A stretch of 64,000 bases of DNA, taken from positions 1,418,096 through 1,482,095 of the forward strand of contig CP070719.1 of assembly GCA_020350725.1 (NCBI GenBank), in the 5' to 3' direction. The stretch is from a bacterium (GTDB taxonomy: Bacteria > BMS3Abin14). The notes beneath the pieces are model-generated. The model was given only the letters and a program-made list of their open reading frames with translations, searched no databases and was not told the DNA's origin. The first letter of the stretch is position 1, and each line of letters opens with the position of its first letter. The position numbers and the translations under genes are program-made. Positions 18,711 through 27,151 of this stretch are shown here, piece after piece.

Positions 18711-19111
18711 GATTGTCCTGAAGCAACAAGTGTGCCGTTACAGGGGTTTGCGTCCACGACGTCTCCGCGGGGTCCGTGACTGCTTGACCAACGATCCTGT
18801 TCAGGGTGGACGTCACCCTCAAGACCTGTTAATTTTTTGCCTTAAAGGGGGCATTCGGATAACTCGATGCCGGGTCCACCTACCCTGTGGTTGTTCATCA
18901 ACGTGGGAAAGAAGGATGGAGAAAGGGGACAGACGGCTGGCCTGCGCAGACCAGAATGTTGCAAGAATGCAACACAGAGGTGAGTCGTGGAGACCACAGC
19001 ATCCAGTTCTGCTCCGGCCGAGGCCGGTCCCTGAAACAAGGTCGTGACCCTGAGTGGCCTGTCGGCTCATTCGGTTGCGTTCGACCGGACTGAGGACAAC
19101 AGGAAATCAGA

Positions 19112-20257
19112 ATGGTTGATTATTGGAAGGACTTCGGACCATTCCACGGCAGAATCTGGCTCGACAGCGCCTCGGAGGGGCCCCTGCCCAGGATCGCGGC
19201 CGAGAGGGCGGCCGAAGCCATCACGTGGAAGGTCTCCCCTCACCTGATGACCGCGGACCTGTTCGGCCGGATTCCCCGCCGCCTGCGTCATGTCCTGGGG
19301 CGACTCATCGGCGCACCGGAGGAACAGGTCATCCTCGGAAACAGCGCCACCTTCGGCATCCACCTCCTGGCCAACGGCCTTCCCCTTAGGCCCGGAGACG
19401 AGATCCTGCTCGTCAGGGGTGATTTTCCCAGCGACATCTTACCCTGGCTCGCCCTCGAGAAAACAGGGGTCAAGATCCGCTTCCTGGAGGCAAAGGGGAC
19501 CCTGCCGGATGGAGACGATCTGAAGGAGAACCTCACCCCTTCGACCAGGCTCTTCTGCACGAGCTGGGTGCACTCCTTCTCGGGAACGGCCGCCGACCCC
19601 CTTTCCCTGGGGAAGATCTGCGCTTCGCACAGGGTTTTGTTCGTCCTCAATGCCTCCCACGCCCTGGGAACCCGGCCATTGGATGTCACCGAAGCCGGCG
19701 TGGACGCTCTGACCTGTGTGGGGTATAAATGGTTGTGCGGCCCATATGGGACAGGTTTCTGCTGGATCCGCCCCGAGGTCCTCGACACCCTTCAGTACAA
19801 TCACGCCTACTGGCAGGCGTTGCTCCCCAGGGACTACCTGCTGAAGGAGGACGAGGACCTCACTCCGCGGGGGGACGTCGGCGCCCGCATGTACGACGTC
19901 TTCGGCACCGCCAACTTCCTCAACTTCCACCCGTGGACGGCTTCGCTGGAGTACCTCCTGGGAATCGGGATCGACAGGATCGAGGAACACGATCAACACC
20001 TGGTGGACAGGCTGCTTGCCGGCCTGAACAGGAGCCTCTACGAACCGCTGAGCCCCGAGGCCGGTCGGGGCCGGTCCGCCCTGGTGGTCATCTCCCACCG
20101 GGATCCGAAACGAAATGAGGAGATCCACCGCATCCTGCAGAGGGAGGGCATCGACATCGCTTTTCGGAGAGGGAGACTCCGGATCTCCCCCCACCTGCAC
20201 AACTCGGAGAGCGATATCGATCGCCTCCTTGAGGTCATGAACGCCCTGCATTTCTGA
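19112..20257 (+). CDS. class V PLP-dependent aminotransferase-like enzyme (C-S lyase-like)
   Basis: WLDSASEGP, GDFPS, YKWLCGPYGTGF (PLP Lys) and LRISPHLHN; no desulfurase catalytic Cys loop. Confidence 0.88.
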   Translation: MVDYWKDFGPFHGRIWLDSASEGPLPRIAAERAAEAITWKVSPHLMTADLFGRIPRRLRHVLGRLIGAPEEQVILGNSATFGIHLLANGLPLRPGDEILLVRGDFPSDILPWLALEKTGVKIRFLEAKGTLPDGDDLKENLTPSTRLFCTSWVHSFSGTAADPLSLGKICASHRVLFVLNASHALGTRPLDVTEAGVDALTCVGYKWLCGPYGTGFCWIRPEVLDTLQYNHAYWQALLPRDYLLKEDEDLTPRGDVGARMYDVFGTANFLNFHPWTASLEYLLGIGIDRIEEHDQHLVDRLLAGLNRSLYEPLSPEAGRGRSALVVISHRDPKRNEEIHRILQREGIDIAFRRGRLRISPHLHNSESDIDRLLEVMNALHF

Positions 20258-20301
20258 TACACGGGCCATGGAGGAGGGGCCTCCGGCGGCACGACAGGAC
20301 G

Positions 20302-21135
20302 ATGGACATTCGAAAGAGCCTTATTCGGAAGATCGAGGAATGCGCGGACCTTCATCCCGGCAACCGCAGCGAGGGGGGAGGCCGCTACTTCGACAGGCCC
20401 CTCATTGGATTCGCCTCGGGTGCCGACCCCCTGTTCCGGGAGTACAAGCGCATAATAGGCCCGTTCCACTGGACCCCCTCCGAGATCATGGAGAGAGCCG
20501 GTGCACCGAGCGGGGGGACGGGATCAACCGTCGTCTGCTGGATCCTCCCCATTGTCGATTCGACCCGGATGAGCAACCGGATACAGACCAGATATCCCTC
20601 GAGGGCGTGGGGGCACACCAGGGGTTTCGGGGAGAGATTCAACGACGAACTCCGCAGAGTGGTGGCGGAGTGGCTCGTCTCCCGCGGCGGGCGGGCCGTC
20701 GCTCCCATGTTGATGGAGGGGTGGTCCCGCCTGGATGATCCCCGAACCGGCCTTGCTTCCACGTGGTCGGAAAGACATGCGGCGTACGCGGCCGGTCTCG
20801 GGACCTTCAGCCTCAACGGCGGCCTGATCACTCCCCGGGGCATCGCCCACCGGTGCGGGAGCGTCGTTACGGACATCCTGATGGAACCCACTCGACGGCC
20901 CTACAGTGATTACCGGGAGAACTGCCTGACGTGCAGGGGCGGGGATTGCGGTGTCTGCATCACGCGGTGTCCCGCCGGCGTCATCTCCGAGGAGGGGCAT
21001 GACAAGGATCGATGCCGGCGGTACACCTACGGACCGCCATTCCAGGCCCTCAGGGAGGAATTCGGGGTCCCTGAGGTGGGATGCGGCCTGTGTCAGACGG
21101 GTGTGCCCTGCGAGAGCACTATCCCGGAGGGGTGA
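20302..21135 (+). CDS. QueG-like (epoxyqueuosine reductase family) Fe-S protein
   Basis: PLIGFASGADPLF, WSERHAAYAAGLGTFSLN, RCGSVVTD, CGVCITRCPAG and CGLCQTGVPCE. Confidence 0.8.
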   Translation: MDIRKSLIRKIEECADLHPGNRSEGGGRYFDRPLIGFASGADPLFREYKRIIGPFHWTPSEIMERAGAPSGGTGSTVVCWILPIVDSTRMSNRIQTRYPSRAWGHTRGFGERFNDELRRVVAEWLVSRGGRAVAPMLMEGWSRLDDPRTGLASTWSERHAAYAAGLGTFSLNGGLITPRGIAHRCGSVVTDILMEPTRRPYSDYRENCLTCRGGDCGVCITRCPAGVISEEGHDKDRCRRYTYGPPFQALREEFGVPEVGCGLCQTGVPCESTIPEG

Positions 21136-21715
21136 GGGAACCGGAGCGGCCTGTACCGTCGGGAGCCGACCGGGGAACGAACACCAGGGCGGCGGAATTG
21201 ATGCAGTACCGGAGACCGGTGGGAGGGGGTCCGTCCTCGAATACATGGCCCAGGTGGCCGCCGCAGCGAGAGCACAGGACCTCCACCCTCCGGATACCGA
21301 ACAGGCTGTAGTCGTCTTCAGTGGCCACGTTCTGCGCCGCCACGGGCTCCCAGAAGCTGGGCCAGCCGGTCTTTGAGTCGAACTTGGCGGCGGACGAGAA
21401 CAGATCGTTACCGCAACCGGCGCACCGATAGGTGCCTTTGCCGTAATGGTTCCAGTAGCGGCCGGTGTATGCCCTTTCCGTACCCTTTTCCCGGAGGACC
21501 CGGTGCTGCTCTGCGGTCAGGGTCCTCTGCCATTCGGTGTCAGACCTGATCACCCTGTCGACCGTAACGTATTCCCCCCCGGCCACCGAAAACACCCGGA
21601 TCTTTTCGGGTCCCGTCATTGTCCGGCGGGTCAGCCCTGCGGCGAACGCTCTCTGCATTAATGGCAACAGGCCGAGCAGGACCCCCCCCATGATCAGAAA
21701 CGACCTCCTCGTCAC
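21119..21715 (-). CDS. msrB: Tat-exported peptide-methionine (R)-S-oxide reductase
   Basis: TRRSFL twin-arginine motif; LTAEQH.VLREKGTERAY, CAGCG...FDSKTGWPSF, CSRCGGHLGHVF and RYCINS. GTG 21715 has RBS AGAGGTG. Confidence 0.93.
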   Translation of the reverse strand: MTRRSFLIMGGVLLGLLPLMQRAFAAGLTRRTMTGPEKIRVFSVAGGEYVTVDRVIRSDTEWQRTLTAEQHRVLREKGTERAYTGRYWNHYGKGTYRCAGCGNDLFSSAAKFDSKTGWPSFWEPVAAQNVATEDDYSLFGIRRVEVLCSRCGGHLGHVFEDGPPPTGLRYCINSAALVFVPRSAPDGTGRSGSLTPPG

Positions 21716-21801
21716 CTCGATCTCACCTCTGTCGCCGGCCCGGGAAGGGGCGTGCCCTTGCACGTTCTCGCCCTTCCCAGAGGCCTTTACGGATCTCCTC
21801 T

Positions 21802-22257
21802 TCATCGTCGGGGCAGCAGCGGGCACTCGAAGTAGAAATCGGCCGGGAAAGTCTCGAGGTGGCCCAGGGTCTCGTGCAGAACCACCTCGTCGGCGCTGGT
21901 GAGTTCAAGATCCACAGTGCCGTCCCCGTTCTCATCGTGGACCTCAACGCCGGCTGCAGTGAATACCGCCAGGTACACGTTCCACCGCCCGCCGTTGTAT
22001 TCGGGGTCGCCGGGAGCAGCCTCGGCCACAGAGCGCTGGCCCTGGAGACCGCTCATCATGAAGCTGTAGATGATGTCCGAGGAATGTCCGGGTGGGGAGA
22101 TGAATGTGGTCGGGGTGATCACGGTGTCGTAGACTTGCCCATGGGCCCAGACGGCCTCGGCAACGCGGGTCGCCCCGCCTGCCATCGCCAGGGTGGCCGC
22201 TCCGGACACTGCGAAGACGAGCATGACCGCAAGCCCGATCCTCCGTTTTTTCCTCAT
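21802..22257 (-). CDS. secreted protein of unknown function
   Basis: Signal peptide (MRKKRRIGLAV...ATLAMA), strong RBS (GGAGGAAAGGAGG), QRSVAEAAPGDPEYNGGRW and C-terminal YFECPLLP. Confidence 0.8.
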   Translation of the reverse strand: MRKKRRIGLAVMLVFAVSGAATLAMAGGATRVAEAVWAHGQVYDTVITPTTFISPPGHSSDIIYSFMMSGLQGQRSVAEAAPGDPEYNGGRWNVYLAVFTAAGVEVHDENGDGTVDLELTSADEVVLHETLGHLETFPADFYFECPLLPRR

Positions 22258-22331
22258 GATATCCTCCTTTCCTCCTCCGCCGGTGGGGCGGTGAACCGTC
22301 GGGCCCTCCATCGGACCTCTTCCTGCCCGCA

Positions 22332-22388
22332 AGATTAGCCCTGAAAATGGTGAGAAGGATAATCGGAAGGTAAAGAATGTATAAAATC
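22332..22388 (-). promoter_or_regulatory. putative OmpR-family box plus -10 element for the secreted protein-msrB operon
   Basis: Minus strand GATTTTATACATTCTTTACC, then 31 nt, then TAATCT; same architecture as 24803-24859. Confidence 0.55.
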
Positions 22389-22473
22389 GTGGAGAATCCC
22401 GCCGGCGACCCGTTGATGGACGGACAGAGAAGGGAATGGGGACCGTTTTCGAGGCCGTCCGGATTCCCGGGGA

Positions 22474-23958
22474 TCAACCGCGGCCGGCCGCCTCCGGAAT
22501 CTGGAAGGCAAACGTTGTCCCCCTGCCCGGCTCGCTGGCCACATCGATGGTGCCGCCGTGAAGTTGCACGATCCGCTGTGCGATGGCCAGGCCCAGGCCG
22601 GAGCCACCAGCCACCTGCCCCTCCGCCCGGCGGATCCTGTAGAAACGTTCGAAGATGTGGGGCAGGTCGTCGGCGGATATGCCGGGCCCCGTGTCCGAGA
22701 TCCGCACGGAGACCGACGACCCCTCCCGGGCCAGGGAAACAGACACCTCTCCGCCCCCCCGTGTGTAGCGGACGGCGTTTTCCACAAGATTGTGGAGGAC
22801 CCGGTCCATGAGCTTCAGATCGGCCCGGACGTCGGGGAGGTCTTCCGGCAGTTCTGCCGCCAGCCGAATGCCCTTTTCCCTTGCCGGGAGAGAGAGATCC
22901 TGGATCACATCCTGGACCAGTTCTCCCAGGGGAAAGGCCACGGGGTCGATCCGGACGTCGGGAGAGTCCAGTTTGGCCAGCTCGAACAGGTCGTCGATGA
23001 GTTTCCCCAGGCGCCGGGCGTGCCGGATGGCGCTGGCCACATAAGCCCCGCGTTCTTCCGGGGAGAGCCGATCGTCCTTGAGCTGAACCGATTCAAGATA
23101 TCCCTGGATCGCCGCCAGAGGCATCCGCAGATCGTGGGATATGTTGCTCACCAGCTCCCTGCGGAGGCCGTCCACCCTGCGGATACCGGCGATCTGTTCG
23201 TTGATCCGTTCGGACATCTGGGAAAAAACGGAACCCAGCCGGTCGATCTCGTCGCCGGGAGGGTCACGGAACCCTTCCGGCAGGGGGACCGGGTGCCCGA
23301 AATCCCCTTCCCGGAACGCCTCCATGGCCCGGGCCAGACTCCGATGTCTCCGGGTGAGCTTGGCGAAAAGGAAAAGGCCGGCCGCCAAAAAGAACAGAAG
23401 TCCGGACAGGGTGACCCAGAGGCTGAGACGGAGGATGTAGCTTCCGCGGAGGAGCTCTGAAACCGAATCGTATTCCTCGCCGCCCAGGATGACGTACAGG
23501 TAACCCTCCGGCTCCCCCTCCCCGGGAACCGGCGCTGCCGAGAAGGCCTTCCTGCGGCGGATTCCCCTCGGATCCTCGCCCAGGATCGGCGTTTTGCCAT
23601 CGCCCCGGATGAAGGACAGGACGGGGTCGAGGGAGATCCTGTCCTTCCTGATCCTCCCGGGCGGGGCCGAATAGGTGAGGATCATCCCTTCCGTGTCCAG
23701 AAGGTAAAGCTCGATACCCGGGTTGATCCCCATGAGGGTCTCAAAACTCTCCTCCAGGGCCTCGCGGTTGACCCTCCCGTCCTGCAGGAAGAAATTCTTC
23801 CCCACCAGGTAGCCGGCGAGATGGCGGTTGAGATTCTGACTTGCCTCCTGGATGTACATCCGGGTGGTCAGGAGGGTCCAGAGGATGTTGAGCAATCCCA
23901 GGACAAGGAAGAGGAAGAAGAGGACGGCCGCCATCTTGCCATACAGAGTCCTAACCAC
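22474..23958 (-). CDS. HAMP-domain sensor histidine kinase
   Basis: Two TM segments, HAMP (DEIDRLG), H-box ISHDLRMPL, NLVENA, ISDTGPGI, FERFYR and GSGLGLAI. Confidence 0.95.
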   Translation of the reverse strand: MVRTLYGKMAAVLFFLFLVLGLLNILWTLLTTRMYIQEASQNLNRHLAGYLVGKNFFLQDGRVNREALEESFETLMGINPGIELYLLDTEGMILTYSAPPGRIRKDRISLDPVLSFIRGDGKTPILGEDPRGIRRRKAFSAAPVPGEGEPEGYLYVILGGEEYDSVSELLRGSYILRLSLWVTLSGLLFFLAAGLFLFAKLTRRHRSLARAMEAFREGDFGHPVPLPEGFRDPPGDEIDRLGSVFSQMSERINEQIAGIRRVDGLRRELVSNISHDLRMPLAAIQGYLESVQLKDDRLSPEERGAYVASAIRHARRLGKLIDDLFELAKLDSPDVRIDPVAFPLGELVQDVIQDLSLPAREKGIRLAAELPEDLPDVRADLKLMDRVLHNLVENAVRYTRGGGEVSVSLAREGSSVSVRISDTGPGISADDLPHIFERFYRIRRAEGQVAGGSGLGLAIAQRIVQLHGGTIDVASEPGRGTTFAFQIPEAAGRG

Positions 23959-23962
23959 CGGA

Positions 23963-24670
23963 TTATTCCCCTTTCTCCTCTGCGAATCGATAGCCGACCC
24001 CCCAGACCGTCTCGATATACCGTGGGTGGCTCCTGTCCTCCTCCAGTTTGGCCCTCAGCTGGTTGATGTGGGAGTTTACCGTGTAGGAATAACCGGTGAA
24101 CGAGTAACCCCAGACGCGGTCCAGGAGCTGTTGACGTGTGAAAACCCGGCCGGGGTTGCTGGCGAAAAACCAGAGCAGATCGAACTCCTTGGCCGTCAGC
24201 CTGACCTCCTTTCCGCCCAGTACGACTTTGCGTCGATCGGCGTCGATGGAGAGTCCGCCGATCCGGATGACGGAATCCGAAGGGGCTTGCACGCTCCGCT
24301 CAATGGAGTCGACCCGGCGGAGGATGGCCTTGACCCTTGCGACCAGTTCCCTGATGCTGAAGGGCTTGGTCATGTAGTCATCAGCCCCCATCTCCAGTCC
24401 GAGCACACGGTCGAGCTCGGTCGACAGGCTGGTGAGCATGAGGACCGGCGTATAGGGGGGATCCGCCCTGAGGGCCCGGCAGATCTCCAGTCCGTCCCCG
24501 CCGGGCAGCATGAGGTCGAGGATAATGAGCTGGTAGTCGCCCGCGATCCCCTCCCTGAGACCCGTCTCTCCGTCGTGGACCACCGTCACCAGATAGCCGG
24601 CGTCCTTCAGGTGATCCTCGAGAAGTTTGGCCAATTCCCGCTCGTCCTCGACGACGAGTATTTTCTTCAT
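23963..24670 (-). CDS. OmpR/PhoB-family response regulator
   Basis: KILVVEDE, IILDLMLPGGDG, ADDYMTKPF, LTAKEFDLL and IETVWGVGYRF; start at ATG 24670 (or 24682). Confidence 0.95.
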   Translation of the reverse strand: MKKILVVEDERELAKLLEDHLKDAGYLVTVVHDGETGLREGIAGDYQLIILDLMLPGGDGLEICRALRADPPYTPVLMLTSLSTELDRVLGLEMGADDYMTKPFSIRELVARVKAILRRVDSIERSVQAPSDSVIRIGGLSIDADRRKVVLGGKEVRLTAKEFDLLWFFASNPGRVFTRQQLLDRVWGYSFTGYSYTVNSHINQLRAKLEEDRSHPRYIETVWGVGYRFAEEKGE

Positions 24671-24802
24671 CGCATCGATCATTGTCCGAGCCTGCCTTCT
24701 CCGGGGAGAGGTCAACACCGTGACGGACCGGTCGAGTCCGTGCTGCGGATGGCTTTCCCATTCATTACCCGATAGATCGCTCCCATTCAAAGCTTTTCCG
24801 AT

Positions 24803-24859
24803 GATTTTATAGAAATTTTATCAGCCGCTGAGACTCCTCCATCCTTTACAGGTTAAAGT
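24803..24859 (+). promoter_or_regulatory. putative OmpR-family box plus -10 element for msrA
   Basis: GATTTTATAGAAATTTTATC (ATTTTAT direct repeat, 11-bp period), then 31 nt, then TAAAGT. Confidence 0.55.
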
Positions 24860-24932
24860 GACACCTGTAGCGGTGAAGAACGGCTCCCACCGAACCGGTA
24901 GCATTTCCGGAAAGAGAGGTTATATTGTTGCC

Positions 24933-25772
24933 ATGGGTGCATTAGTCAAATTATTGGTCGCAGTCCACCTTCTGGGCTGGGTTCTGGCAGGTGGGTCAGA
25001 GAAGCCGTTATACGGGAGTGCCGGTCTGGCGCCCTCGGGCGCGGCCTGCGCTCTGCCCGGGTCGGTGGACGAAAAAGCGGAGGAACCGATGAAAACCGAG
25101 ATCACAGGGAACGTCTCGCCCGTTCCGTTTCCCATCGACGTGAGGGTGCCGAAGGAAATCCGGACGGCCACATTTGCCCTGGGGTGATTCTGGGGGCCGG
25201 ACTCCCGGTTCGGGAGTATGAGAGGAGTCGTCCGGACCCGGGTGGGCTACGCCGGAGGGCGTTCGGCCGATCCCACCTATCACAACCTGGGCGACCATGC
25301 GGAGACCGTCCAGATAGAATACGACCCGAGCATCCTCACCTACGATGACCTGCTGAGCGTGTTCTTCTCCTCCCACCGCCCGACGGTCCCCTCCTACTCG
25401 CCGCAGTACCGGTCGGTCATCTTCTACCATGACGAGGAACAGAGGAGGCTGGCCCAGGATGCCAAGGAGAGGCTGGAAAGGAAGGCGAAGGGCCAGATCT
25501 ACACCGACATCGAAGCCTTCACGGGTTTCACGCTGGCCGAGGATTACCATCAGAAGTATGGCCTGCGGCACAACGCCGCCGTGATGCGGGAATTCGAGGC
25601 CGCATACCCCGATCCCATGGATTTCATCAACTCCACCGCCGCTGCCCGGGTCAACGGGTACCTGTACGGCAACGGGAGCCTGTTGCAGCTGAAGGAGGAA
25701 TTGCCCGAGCTGGGTCTCTCCGAATCCTCCGCCAGGGTGCTGGAGTCTTTCGTGGGAAAGTACAGCCGGTAG
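24933..25772 (+). CDS. msrA: selenocysteine-containing peptide-methionine (S)-S-oxide reductase with N-terminal signal-like sequence; in-frame UGA at 25185-25187
   Basis: Track ORFs 24858..25187 and 25218..25772 are in the same frame. The junction reads ATFALG-UGA-FWGPDS, the GCFW catalytic motif; TRVGYAGG, HAETVQIEYDP, QYRSVIF and AEDYHQKY follow; a hairpin lies just downstream. Confidence 0.9.
25201..25217 (+). promoter_or_regulatory. candidate bacterial SECIS element for the msrA UGA
   Basis: ACTCCCG-GTT-CGGGAGT 7-bp stem; the loop G is 21 nt after the UGA. Confidence 0.65.
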
Positions 25773-25857
25773 CGAACGAAACCCCTACCGTAGTCTGGTA
25801 TAATAATTTTAGAACGGCGATCATCACCTGTCGCCGACCGACGCCAGGTACGATGTT

Positions 25858-26976
25858 ATGGGGGGTAACGGAAACAGACGTCGTGTCCAGGAAATCCTCG
25901 CCCTCGCAGACATCCGCATCAACGGTGACCGGCCCTGGGATCTGCACGTCCACAACAGCGATTTCTTCAGGCGTGTTCTGACCCAGGGCGCTCTGGGACT
26001 GGGTGAGTCCTACATGGAGGGTTGGTGGGACTGCGACTCCCTGGACGAATTCTTCGTTCGGGCCCTGAGGGCCGGTCTGGAGAACAAAGTACCCAGGAGC
26101 GCGTCGGTGGTGGCCTCTCTGAAGGCCAGGGTTTTCAATCCTCAGAGCCGCAGGCGGTCTTTCAGGGTAGGAGAGCATCACTACGACATCGGCAACGATC
26201 TCTTCCGGTACATGCTCGACGACCTGATGATCTACAGCTGCGGGTACTGGAAGGAAGCGGCCAGCCTGGAGGATGCTCAGGTAGAAAAACTGGATCTGAT
26301 CTGCAGGAAGCTTCGCCTCGAGCCCGGCATGCGCATCCTGGACGTCGGCTGCGGATGGGGGGGCACGGCGAAATTCGCGGCAGAGCGCTACCAGGTTGAG
26401 GTCGTGGGAGTGTCCGTATCCCTCGAGCAGGTCCGCACGGCTCGGGAGGCCTGCCGGGGCCTTCCCGTCTCGATACACCTTCAGGATTACCGGAGTGTGA
26501 GGGGCAGTTTCGACCGGATCCTCTCGGTGGGAATGTTCGAGCACGTGGGGAGCAAGAACCACCGGACCTACATGAGGAAGATGGCCGAACTCCTCAGGGA
26601 ACAGGGGCTCTTCCTGTTGCAGACCATTGGAAGCAACAGGACGGTGGCCTCGATCAATACCTGGATCGATCGTTACATCTTTCCCAACGGCGCCATTCCC
26701 TCAGCCAGGCAGATCACATCGGCCATCGAGGGGCTTTTTGTCCTGGAGGATTGGCACAGCTTCGGATCTGACTATGACAGGACACTGATGTGCTGGTACC
26801 ATAATTTCAACGAATCCTGGCACCTTCTCCGGGACAGGTACGGGGACAGTTTCTACAGGATGTGGAAGTATTTCCTCCTCAGTTCGGCCGCCGGCTTCCG
26901 GGCAAGAAGGGATCAGCTCTGGCAGATCGTTCTGTCCCGGAAGGGGATCCCGGGCGGATACCCGGTCCTGAGGTGA
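25858..26976 (+). CDS. cfa: cyclopropane-fatty-acyl-phospholipid synthase
   Basis: LGLGESYMEGWWDC, HYDIGNDLF, YSCGYW, LDVGCGWGG, SVGMFEHVG, WIDRYIFPNG and DYDRTLMCW. Confidence 0.95.
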   Translation: MGGNGNRRRVQEILALADIRINGDRPWDLHVHNSDFFRRVLTQGALGLGESYMEGWWDCDSLDEFFVRALRAGLENKVPRSASVVASLKARVFNPQSRRRSFRVGEHHYDIGNDLFRYMLDDLMIYSCGYWKEAASLEDAQVEKLDLICRKLRLEPGMRILDVGCGWGGTAKFAAERYQVEVVGVSVSLEQVRTAREACRGLPVSIHLQDYRSVRGSFDRILSVGMFEHVGSKNHRTYMRKMAELLREQGLFLLQTIGSNRTVASINTWIDRYIFPNGAIPSARQITSAIEGLFVLEDWHSFGSDYDRTLMCWYHNFNESWHLLRDRYGDSFYRMWKYFLLSSAAGFRARRDQLWQIVLSRKGIPGGYPVLR

Positions 26977-27151
26977 GCTGGGCCCGCATTCCGCGCCTGC
27001 TGCATGAATCGGCAGGGGTCTTCCCACCGGCCGACCGCAATCTTTTTCCCTCTTTTCTGCCGAATTCAGCTATAAACTCTATCCTAACCCCCTTGATCGA
27101 TCGCGCCCCGGCGGCATGGGGCAGGGGGAAAACGAACGAGAGAGGTGAGAG

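Noticed and set aside
18735-18785. Cyclic-dinucleotide (GEMM-I)-like motif on the minus strand (GNRA hairpin followed by GGACGCAAA)
   Set aside because: The 5' GCAAAC element and a convincing P2 receptor are missing. An Infernal search with the c-di-GMP-I model would be decisive.
24858-25772. msrA as a pseudogene with a nonsense mutation
   Set aside because: The stop is UGA exactly at the catalytic Cys, is followed by a SECIS-like hairpin, and both halves are intact; Sec recoding is the simpler explanation.
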